Shown here: one piece after another, positions 12,001-17,097 of the stretch
Layout: the number at the start of each line of letters is the position of its first letter
How positions within the stretch are numbered: position 1 is the stretch's first letter
DNA from: a virus
Taxonomy: Duplodnaviria > Caudoviricetes
Strand: one strand, 5' to 3'
Virus record (IMG/VR): IMGVR_UViG_3300021197_000751
Coordinates: 1 to 55,767 of that record
DNA: 55,767 nucleotides
Translations under genes and position numbers: made by a program
The notes under the pieces: generated by a model
The model's database searches: none
What the model was told of the DNA's origin: nothing
The model's input: only the letters and a program-made list of their open reading frames with translations

Positions 12001-12187
12001 TACCAAGAGATTGCATTGATGATTTCATTTGGCGGTGATTATCTCCATCTTGTAAAACATGTGATGATGTTCTTGCGCTATCACCTACTTTGTGACCTGT
12101 TTGTGTGAATCCACCTTGAGGGCATATCACGCTATCGTTAACACCGTTGAAAAACAACGCGTTGCTCGATGCACCGAATACTCCCAT
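1..12187 (-). CDS. Giant (>4060 aa, 3'-truncated by the window edge) tail/receptor-binding protein with an N-terminal LamG/ConA-like domain
   Basis: ATG at 12187-12185, just after the stop of the 399-aa gene. It reads MGVFGASSNALFFNGVNDSV...FSIEAWV...LYHIIGAF...LTLYINGELV...LYLGG...YRGYIESV...GMWRFEE, a LamG pattern. The frame was open wherever I checked, down to base 2. The ORF track lists no minus-strand ORF in this frame, as expected if no in-frame stop lies inside the window. It sits after the tape measure and distal tail genes. Confidence 0.9.
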   Translation of the reverse strand, partial: MGVFGASSNALFFNGVNDSVICPQGGFTQTGHKVGDSARTSSHVLQDGDNHRQMKSSMQSLGKFSIEAWVSPDSGGVIASKDGVFELRMGSVGAPAPAIFTIHTQTGVSFSVKSANNYPTNAGTFVSNNVGLNTEQRELYHIIGAFSESELTLYINGELVAYEKLNTKYSVPINTQDLYLGGKGGEYRGYIESVHWKRGVPSVDLRALPVTKETGTIGMWRFEEPVEVDSDIFHIKSNLSANATTITLDATQVQTLYRLISGKSDTFTGTYTPESLGNYRAMNSAHPSGKQVVSIPHRAWNMLINPTGTDIMSKLPNNKPPERVRLVSLSDAGTIVVNSIHLDFNIDDTYGARGVLHARTAYNSTTQLANDSTMVLIRSDLLVDSQTGKPHQMAGMASQAIDRTGAMIIDESGNDFHGFLYSRQCSINESGNPFTVSSANWAVDDKLQTGHNGRHFYNYGEGHPFLRILPPSTDHTITRTIDGLADSIRVHYPAANLGIKDQLPINSKITLTHTALHGAIHSVITSATVTNVVRNGMAPSIDSTQDGVIGIGVDNIKPFLLKGHGFDDVVTGSNAHTLHAMPEDVSRVAIMQVSTITSCPYVEIHYKAIDLTGAKMGIGNPCLLVEKTVPSANTVLDGHTIAHHIANVSNAVIHAPGGVVVFTGDVVGDASTVMIPHRLVGDNTGGTEREFSLNESRIPANYTPALATDLPNSIPIGVEGSNESSLHPSVYNRLILHPLSKPKGNSPTGGTTVSYQVTEQNASQQGAAFEVFDIIDNYIDSGYHYVIVQPSRKNRTMQLSRVVGTKDDSVDHTFATIEYIQGQGRINSFKVADDKGSRQLIMRARGLMDDVSDQSVTFTGDGSPDSHIVKEIQPGAPVVSVTLGGAGQGAINTKPSWDPSPLSRVGWNTRRDCTVEVTAVDTTTGTITVQPLNNNSANLASWGTYCFPPTGRVHMINGANAEYKSRTGTAFTFDTATGLFSSGSFVASNGNEHDSFAAFVSANNVVIGTQLILDPLFNTQSVCEDGTTVNDRLFQSLGTISHDYQLGTQYASTRALAEIPLFPNQFFENREQNIFPGPDNSMKIHLDATMTAHTWCPSPVGRRSINAPAIDKTVFGPYYKRWYNDETTRAIAGTMGSLDANRTWVYLNIEEGIERIPDSNQSAGGNVRNGGSNYENWIRKIILDNGEWCYYHMSNIAPDEDRTNKRIKLITTEGNHSADFFVSIRNGSVLTVGQQPFKIFKPLSNDTTHNTLTSAQEYRRPFYYDRANTQTQGGNVDYGLRQYVSAVEFKAGPLSNPHLARIESGCAKITVLAKSGSGPFDVTFKGELPKGELPANYHYAAINEITGDTAQITYDSSANVDQVVITTAGTNVGDVWTITSIESTVVAPYKLPDGTVNSKWNHPYAPGGLRYGDTVWMNMHYTNPHAIEGLFAKSRGVLNEYEVWSEFNGGKGDLTTEARTSLPLENFLIGNTCMETAKNFVQHVNKTISLNWTELGHGNNPPIVAYLDPYLSTEQHARVLLYDVAHDREFIAFHDLHMQVQTSARTPFIDGLDVAAGFATQAKNKTTNSTHHTQSINSVNYTLHAEEGKSTYTEGAYAHASWYLMDADYATSTLGQFSRPSRQTRHIVKTADITSTEHDRVEPSSVSVSAANTRHAENMLKTDSAKVRAGSADAYDFNSTFFDTPDGTRVIPAFLCMKGKRSSNLSLTAHYETALQSLPHWYSMDFARRLSIDFGEVGIKDGVTDIEAAAKEVVRLINQAGAINGRSSQRRPSDQYSAEGERFDINRRAVTASGQDTNEPSDPTSAHHHADFATTGSTHDPSPFWDDSAFTSYNRGSHMGYMRAHIGRVVEDIDGNEGFSVVIHSTVPGASGRNFCVWLDNSKGQSEYRPQYLVGHGGRFRNYYCASPDIAGENMHPAPMPIDKNGKPFAPITTLREYVSLDEELGDVTNSQNLGYDVEYNTNTVVSSNEGVQEGTPNTEATTGRNSNSINMESFEDGNAKMTVREGLQTGTRAVGRINFGGLVASGVPGFAPDAGIWGFGANGHSTSRFQNIYGKHVPTGNASYSSYGGYVPASQVNDDNIGNEPIYGFKITDHRGKSHIIRMVYRTCGESFTHKNTKLPPTIDEEIVIYIDDRDVTQGGFTLGNRMWGVGGSGTEITSQVPSTAASALAWRGNKFRGVRTHNSGFAVSIGDKTTQFTSRINSSGQLTINVAGSGVSAGTYTLFNISGANKGSGASITVTVSGGAVNGITGVPAVGSGYAVGDVLGLTGTNARVTVSALFGSLDGYAYPSSIYLKTGSGVGNQNTGIWHNLPEGSNLDALGWLGFPDSGLIWVAVPHTASSYAGASGKVGRVFHYSGRTHNAYNGEHGFFGLTGIDATSLDVLFDGTIRKGPTSSSNPIPPVIISPHLNQTTIVTDELLAAAVAHAFTIDPNDEDGVAFDCSELYAPDGRTYGDWLGDNAQTAIRIKAFNSKKNLKPLSDLFNVNLFRDYGIQASSSETAPVASIIGSNPQAHMGGLTQAERNAGVMFDAGYLPKTVLQINTNYFGHNANTATPVLIDSNNNPVDTSEWKKHLRGEKYTRFVGDHITPAIDNLPFGIAPPLSGGLVHAVPNSGYVGYRYANDVQHPTTWISAGSATGAEIVAASEIRTGGFLSGNFGSIRSDKDDNQDIPKRGHSYTIAGEFTVNNWTFAVTSAGTSGYAASTTYTLTGGGGSGAKIQVGVNGSGQITSIEGTVAFGTGYANSDVLTVAGGSGDATVTVSKTNQARLITKEITSYRRTFSDDGTPIPRQRIRCNNGWVSQTYRAGPLGREHAWVGRYGAVSSDAYTISTAATDTFGGAADLSWVEPKRLYYADESILVYPVDGCFLMKTEDGSENWTEPLTGKYPNGIQSNYIVIYAQEYKTEHQAQFSGLRLAGNTNGEPLTYFRGAQDSVDHSVPLYFGGGFSGVTMDVNDGAKVDYTSHNEHPYASGPTGCAGMQDIGEKMGSYALLDSAAMFAMFPGSPLCDQMHGTTVPPFANQDAILATDMDGNNDAHDGATGKTYTNVKIVKPSPIILRFAHPYARYTDSDNSVAYVIFGPGQAAPKHWKGELQSMSTSREPTGKWVVAAKEYAVLNGSTVVGGLFSAHTDTGHLLPNELHNGTLDSAANQLLPPTDAYGANNVYPGNAFRHWETPLGFSNSHYNQTSAAQSRNVSNHFGSPSSVNSAGPKMAHPFSHYKAQLRFTGKGITAAPEKTNLMIFHLDGGYSPGGSWFDDTIRKNPAHPITGATVASRQTATWNSVSLVTGLDATMFRVGAAVATGFDTNADTTPPLDTFVIDATRCQNSEELAAIVAAAINTWPGPANLKAIGGSFLPSFQDAQRQDRYSWVEMNQAINDYDDTNGLVTLASNMPSTLPANGWVRVSNGTNAFYGYYSHRSDDTFILGNNYRSNTNKLENPTVATGASSVVAAMNTAALSGYKAYVWSKSGNLRWDNGFQEAALSTRSDASTSVMVEGALTHHRTNSIFDHLAATQVHFNGVTDAIDRTRAVGAVGWHGERYSYLNSLNIGTKVAAGLGAWLPASGFNPYGPSQSCHTVNSIQMTIVPADGGIENALYQLVPTVSAHPATSRVHQRHYIAISYEGDLPIIAKASRNGQPTCGDMLALKWSASNMGGTVVAYHNERFNNDRYNAESNAGPHVEALYESTSIIPKEGATLAQTNQSTQATLFQMDACLFPTGDLFYDADHNPGLKNYSDSDVSEPLFDGNKLVNQNVGYSSYSDHLAGVLNYGVGRSAARNFFVEHVVWKRMSGGNLSLPAPNARGLGSIPWQYHKVGGAYVKFGETIYGNTRFSFETTNKVMFPIVQAQELAHPSLAQQYPYEIRNALSIPNEELQFNRMEVTDDTGQVHTLAGGSPLGVVIRDYELKSDRESSGLSPALANSGIAPNMKIQLPNHDEIPSNILVRSGFDRLQAYQHETMGDGGLQHPSQPSAGVESAFGLDGKEVYTAPYWEQNGYERISNNPNTFPDSQYGLNEDNVLKTAYEPHDRALYFHITKMGYTYTEREPLGIVANVMTHNPLTVKAIGP

Positions 12188-12188
12188 G

Positions 12189-13388
12189 TCATAGCCCCAC
12201 AATCAAATCAACAGGTTGGAATGTGATACTACCCTCGTAAATGTTGTTTCCTGCATCATATCCAAAGTTCATTCCTACAACAGTTCCGCGAATACCTGTG
12301 AACTTATCATCGACTATGAAATCGACACCGTGAGGGTTTTTGTTTCCGCTACTGTCTTGTTCTTCGATGGTCCGCGCGCCCGTCATAATGAGTAAATTGC
12401 GCGTGACATAACCATCGTTTGAAGTGTCACTTGTTGTCTTTTGAACGAGAGAATTGTAAGGGATTTGAATACCAACAATGTAATCCCCCGACCTATCAGC
12501 GATTGAAAAATCTGTTCCGAGGCCGTTTCCTTTGTCAATGTCAAGACCTACATCTAAGATGCCACCCGATACTCCGGCGAGATTAGCATTGCCTACTACA
12601 CCAATGAGGTCTTGTAGTTTATCCCCCGCGCTCTTACAGTTGTGTAGTGTGCCTCCACCAAAGAGTTCAAACTTTGGCTTTGACAATACTCCATTATCAC
12701 TCCAAAAATTAGGCGTAGCGTTATTACCATCCGGTCCTAATTCAACTGATGTTATTGTCACTTTTGAGTTGCCTGTTGACGCAATAGAACCCGCACCTGC
12801 TGATATTGTTAGCGCGTTTAACATAGTGTCACTTGTCGAACCTGTGGATGTGAGTTGGATGTTGAAAGAACCATTCTGTGTGAAGGCGGCGACAACGCGC
12901 GAAGCGAGGTCTGCTCCTGTTGATACTGATTGTATGCCTACTGTCAACAAAGGTTGCCCTGTGGCGTATGTATGACTTGCTGTATCTTTATCAAACTTGA
13001 TTGTGATAGGAGCGCGCACCCTGCTTTTGTTAGTGTATGCTGTTGCAATTTCAAATGTCTTATCATCCAAATTAGCAATTGATATTGCACCACCGTCACC
13101 TGTCATGAAGAAGTCATTACCTCCGCCCGATGTGTCAGCACTTAATCCAAAATCAATACTGCAAAATGCCGCGTCTTGTTGAAACTTTGTTGCCGCGCAA
13201 TCGTCATCACGCAATACACAATCAATTGAAATATCCGACTGAACGGCGTTAATGTCGATAGCCATTCTTTCTGCGAGAACAGGGATAGGTATGACCGGAA
13301 TAGAACGAGAGACGCTGATAGAGTAGGTAGTAGCATCGAGTTCGATGACTTTACCATCCTGTCGTATCAAGCGTATTCCTGCCATCAC
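12189..13388 (-). CDS. Putative distal tail/baseplate hub protein with a G/S/T-rich internal insertion
   Basis: 399-aa beta-rich ORF directly after the tape measure, with an ATGA-type overlap. Function is inferred from position. Confidence 0.6.
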   Translation of the reverse strand: MMAGIRLIRQDGKVIELDATTYSISVSRSIPVIPIPVLAERMAIDINAVQSDISIDCVLRDDDCAATKFQQDAAFCSIDFGLSADTSGGGNDFFMTGDGGAISIANLDDKTFEIATAYTNKSRVRAPITIKFDKDTASHTYATGQPLLTVGIQSVSTGADLASRVVAAFTQNGSFNIQLTSTGSTSDTMLNALTISAGAGSIASTGNSKVTITSVELGPDGNNATPNFWSDNGVLSKPKFELFGGGTLHNCKSAGDKLQDLIGVVGNANLAGVSGGILDVGLDIDKGNGLGTDFSIADRSGDYIVGIQIPYNSLVQKTTSDTSNDGYVTRNLLIMTGARTIEEQDSSGNKNPHGVDFIVDDKFTGIRGTVVGMNFGYDAGNNIYEGSITFQPVDLIVGL

Positions 13389-15145
13389 AAAGCACCTCTT
13401 CTATTACCATAACCTCTACCGCTACGATTCATTTCATCACGGATTGCTTCACCTATTTCGCGAGCGAGAGCGCGCTTATCGGTTCGGTCGGTTATACCGC
13501 TTGCGTTGATGTTAATTGTTATTGGCCCGCCACCGCCCAATCCAATACCTTGAGGATTATTCTTCTTGGTCAAAGGTATGACAGCCTCCGGTCCATCCTC
13601 ACCGATTAGCGCGTTGGTGGGTTTGTTGACTATACCACCTTTTGCCAACTTGACTTTTGGTATTGTTGGCAATCCCCACTTCTTACCGCCAATCTTCGGA
13701 ACCCATTTAGGTATCTTGATTTTCATTTTCTTAGCAAGCCAATTATAAGCCCCTATTACTTTGTTGATGATACCTTCCGCAGTTTGCTTTGCTATCCTTA
13801 CCACACGACCCGGTATAGACACAAGCCATGCAAGAATACCTTTCCAACCGCCCGATAGCGCAATTTGAAATGACTTCCATAAGTCCATTAACAAATTATA
13901 AACAAAGATGAATGGGAATGTGATGATACCAATTATTGTCCCTGCTACGAATATGATTGCGGCAAGAACGACTTCAATTGCACCATAGATTAACAAAACA
14001 ATACCCGCTATGATAGCGCCGGTCCATTCACCAATCCAAGTCAATCCGGCCCATATCATCTCTCCTAATGCCACACCTAACGCAACTATTTCATCCCAAT
14101 ACTTGATGACGACGGCAATAAAAAGCGCAATTGCCGCGACTATAAACACAATAGGCCAAGTGAACCCTACAAGGATAGCAACACCAACACCGATAGCAAA
14201 TGCGCTAATTGCCGCTATCGCCCATCCAATCCAACCTGTGACTTTACCTGTGGCAAACGCCCAAAGACCAATAATACCACCGATAATAAGACCAACACCC
14301 AACAATACTGCTCCAACGGTTTGCATCAAAGCCGCTTTTGCCATTGTTGCCGCCGAGCCAACAATCACTAATGACGCTTTCAAATACAAAAATACACCAA
14401 CAAGTGTTAGTATCACCGCTATTGATGCCGCAAATGCGGCAGTTGTGCTACCTGTTCCTTTCTTAACAAGTTGAAATGTGCCTACCATGAGCAAAAGCGC
14501 ACCCGCAATCAGTGCCGCTTTGAATCCAAACAAGAACATGACAGGGAGCGCCAAAACCATCGCGGCTACTACAAGGTTAATTGCACCATACAAACCACCT
14601 TCGCCTTCGCCTGTCATAGCCATGATAAGACCTTTCAGCGCCTCATCGAGAACAGGTATGCCCTCCGTGTAATCTAACAATGGTGTTTCAGCACCTTGAA
14701 ACGCGACTGATATTGCCGCGATAGCAAATCCAACGAGTAAGAATATCGAAAGAATAGCAAATATGTTCATTGTCAATCTTCGCCATAGTGACACTTGATT
14801 CTCGACCATCTTGTTCATCATATTCCCATAAGCAGTAGCGCCTACTATCGCTACCATCCACTTGGTCAAACCTGTCGCATTCTTTTCGACTTCTGCTTTC
14901 TGTTCTTCTGTTAGTTGTGTTGATTGGGACTGTAATTTACTAAAGATTTTGATTTGCTTGCCTAACCCTAAGAATGATTTACCTACCTGCACGATAGGGT
15001 TTTTGTTAAAAGCACCTTTCAGTTTGCCTTGTTGCTTCTCCATTATACCTGCGGTTTTACCGTAAGCGTTTCCAACAACTCCCAACTCTTGTAGCGCTGT
15101 TTTCAAATCATCGAAGTCTTTGGATAGTTTAGCAACATCAGTCAT
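13385..15145 (-). CDS. Tail tape measure protein
   Basis: 586 aa with a helical N-terminus and many hydrophobic segments. C-terminal LAKGGIVNKPTNALIGEDGPEAVIPL motif is typical of tape measures. Follows the tail chaperones. Confidence 0.88.
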   Translation of the reverse strand: MTDVAKLSKDFDDLKTALQELGVVGNAYGKTAGIMEKQQGKLKGAFNKNPIVQVGKSFLGLGKQIKIFSKLQSQSTQLTEEQKAEVEKNATGLTKWMVAIVGATAYGNMMNKMVENQVSLWRRLTMNIFAILSIFLLVGFAIAAISVAFQGAETPLLDYTEGIPVLDEALKGLIMAMTGEGEGGLYGAINLVVAAMVLALPVMFLFGFKAALIAGALLLMVGTFQLVKKGTGSTTAAFAASIAVILTLVGVFLYLKASLVIVGSAATMAKAALMQTVGAVLLGVGLIIGGIIGLWAFATGKVTGWIGWAIAAISAFAIGVGVAILVGFTWPIVFIVAAIALFIAVVIKYWDEIVALGVALGEMIWAGLTWIGEWTGAIIAGIVLLIYGAIEVVLAAIIFVAGTIIGIITFPFIFVYNLLMDLWKSFQIALSGGWKGILAWLVSIPGRVVRIAKQTAEGIINKVIGAYNWLAKKMKIKIPKWVPKIGGKKWGLPTIPKVKLAKGGIVNKPTNALIGEDGPEAVIPLTKKNNPQGIGLGGGGPITININASGITDRTDKRALAREIGEAIRDEMNRSGRGYGNRRGAL

Positions 15146-15157
15146 TTATTTCACTCC

Positions 15158-15421
15158 TTAATCGCTGAATGGCATAGGTGTTCCCGCGTCTGTTCCTGCT
15201 ACGCTCATTTTACCCTTAGAGTCATTGGTTGCTTTTTCCATTTCTTCTGCTTCTATTTTTTTTGCCGCAGACGCGAATGCAAGAGATTCTTCAAACTCAT
15301 GTAGCGACATGTCCCACACATCGCCTAAGCGTAATCCGTAATGTTTCGCTACAAAATACGCAGAAGAGTTCATGTAAATCTCAATGTCGAGTTCTTCGGG
15401 TTTATGTGACGGGGCCTTCAT
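15158..15421 (-). CDS. Tail assembly chaperone, C-terminal (gpT-like) part, probably expressed through a -1 frameshift
   Basis: Lies between the chaperone and tape measure genes and has the pattern YGLRLGDVWDMSLHEF. Its frame is open back to the slippery site at 15460-15466. Confidence 0.75.
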   Translation of the reverse strand: MKAPSHKPEELDIEIYMNSSAYFVAKHYGLRLGDVWDMSLHEFEESLAFASAAKKIEAEEMEKATNDSKGKMSVAGTDAGTPMPFSD

Positions 15422-15438
15422 AAACGAATAAACTGTGT

Positions 15439-15828
15439 CTATTCGTTGTCCCCATCGCTCAAAGGGTTGTTAATCAAATCCTGTGGTTGCGGCAATAGCG
15501 CGGTAATTTGTTGAGCAACATATGGTTGTAGTTGCATCATTTGAGTAGGTGTCAGTCGTGGTTCAGTTTTCTCAACGCACTCCGCGAACATGTGTTTCCA
15601 ATAAGCGGCAAGGTCAATATCTACTCCGCCTTGTGCGGTGATATTCAAAAAGGTCTTGATGGCATTCTGCATCTGCATAAAGGACAATTCGCGAATCCAC
15701 ACCTTCAATCCAATATCGGGATTGTTGGGGTCTACGCCAATCATATGTTCTTTTGCTGTTGTATTTACCAATAGGCTTACTGCGCTCTCAACCAACTGTG
15801 TCGGCTGTTTCTGTTTCGTCGGATTCAT
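15439..15828 (-). CDS. Tail assembly chaperone (gpG-like)
   Basis: 129 aa upstream of the tape measure, with a VWIRELSF motif and an X XXY YYZ heptamer near its 3' end. Confidence 0.75.
   Translation of the reverse strand: MNPTKQKQPTQLVESAVSLLVNTTAKEHMIGVDPNNPDIGLKVWIRELSFMQMQNAIKTFLNITAQGGVDIDLAAYWKHMFAECVEKTEPRLTPTQMMQLQPYVAQQITALLPQPQDLINNPLSDGDNE
15460..15466 (-). other. Predicted -1 ribosomal frameshift slippery site C CCT TTG
   Basis: The minus strand reads AAC CCT TTG in the chaperone frame. The -1 frame reads PFERWGQRIDTVYSF-MKAPSH and joins ORF 15158..15421 with no stop. Confidence 0.8.
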
Positions 15829-16240
15829 TACTTACACTTCCTGTTTCATCGCTTGATACTGCCTCTTCCGAGGGGGCATCTTCGGTCACTTCAACAGCCT
15901 CTTGCAAGGGGGCATCCGCGTCCAATAGACGGGCAACTAATTCCGCCTTCTTTCCTTTCACCGCTAATTGTTTAGCGCGACAAAGAGCGCGCAATTCTTC
16001 AACGGTTAGGGAATTGTAATCTGTTGGACCCTCTTCTTCAAGAGGTGTTGTTTCTTCAACCACTTCTTCTTCGATAGGTGGTTCTTCGGGGAATGGATTG
16101 CCGTCAGTCTTAGCGGCTTCGGGATTGAAGACTTCTTCTTCAACGATTTCTTCCTCAAGAGGTTCTGCGACATATGCGTTTTTTTCAACAGCGACCCATC
16201 TTCGGGTTCGCGCTCCGCCTAAGTGCATACTCTCTCGCAT
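15788..16240 (-). CDS. Acidic protein with a SAP domain
   Basis: YNSLTVEELRALCRAKQLAVKGKKAELVARL matches the SAP consensus. Likely start is MRESMHL at 16240. Confidence 0.75.
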   Translation of the reverse strand: MRESMHLGGARTRRWVAVEKNAYVAEPLEEEIVEEEVFNPEAAKTDGNPFPEEPPIEEEVVEETTPLEEEGPTDYNSLTVEELRALCRAKQLAVKGKKAELVARLLDADAPLQEAVEVTEDAPSEEAVSSDETGSVSNESDETETADTVG

Positions 16241-16265
16241 GATTACCGCCCCTCGTTCACCCGTT

Positions 16266-17093
16266 TCAAACTTTCCCTTTGAGAATAGACCATGCATGGT
16301 TCATTGCCATAGGATAGCCTGTCGCAACAAGATTTTGGGTTTCTTGTGGTTTGTCGAAATCTCGCACAGGCACATTTGGGTTTCGTCTGCCATCCTTATC
16401 GTGAACTTCTATTCCTAATTTTCGTCTGTGAGATGAAGATGGTTTAACATGCCTTTGATTCATTCTGCTGTTTTCAAGACCGCGCGCCTCTTCTTCATTC
16501 ATAGGCAATCGGTCAAGATGGTCTAAGTCGCCTTGCGTTTGCATTTGATTCCTTCTTGGGTTAGCGCTACCGATAGGGCCTAATATCTTATCCGCGTGTT
16601 CTTGCCCTTCCGGTCCGCGATAGTTTCCGCCCGGAGCGCGTCGCCCGCTTCGTCCTTGTTTGGTGTTGTGTGCCGCCGTCACCTTCTCGCTGTTTGCTGA
16701 ATTATTTCTCCTATTTGGGTCATCGTAATCCATATCATACGCTTCTTCTTCCATCTGTCGGCCTGTTTTGGGGCTGATACCCATGTTTTGCATATTTGGC
16801 TCGCGGTTAATTCCCGCGTTTGGTCTTGGCATAAGTTCAATCTTACGCCCCGGTAGCGGTCCTTGTGTGTTGCCACCCATAGGGTGTTCTTGATTAGGTT
16901 GTGGTTGAGGGTTCTTTTCAGCCCCTTTATTGCCGGATGAGTAAAAGTTGCCATCGGGTTGATAACCTTGTCTTTGAGCCATTGATACAACCGCAGGGTG
17001 AGGTTTAATTTCCGGCATATGGCTACCGTATTGAACATTGGTAGTAGCGACATTCTGTTTTAATACAGTCCATGCTATATTCATTGTGTTCAT
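16266..17093 (-). CDS. Hypothetical low-complexity protein flanked by AW..LK motifs
   Basis: 275-aa ORF in the operon. Begins MNIAWTVLKQ and ends PMAMNHAWSILKGKV. Confidence 0.75.
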   Translation of the reverse strand: MNTMNIAWTVLKQNVATTNVQYGSHMPEIKPHPAVVSMAQRQGYQPDGNFYSSGNKGAEKNPQPQPNQEHPMGGNTQGPLPGRKIELMPRPNAGINREPNMQNMGISPKTGRQMEEEAYDMDYDDPNRRNNSANSEKVTAAHNTKQGRSGRRAPGGNYRGPEGQEHADKILGPIGSANPRRNQMQTQGDLDHLDRLPMNEEEARGLENSRMNQRHVKPSSSHRRKLGIEVHDKDGRRNPNVPVRDFDKPQETQNLVATGYPMAMNHAWSILKGKV

Positions 17094-17097
17094 TATA

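Noticed and set aside
32-12108. Many short ORFs listed on both strands in the first 12 kb
   Set aside because: They are shadow frames of the single giant minus-strand ORF.
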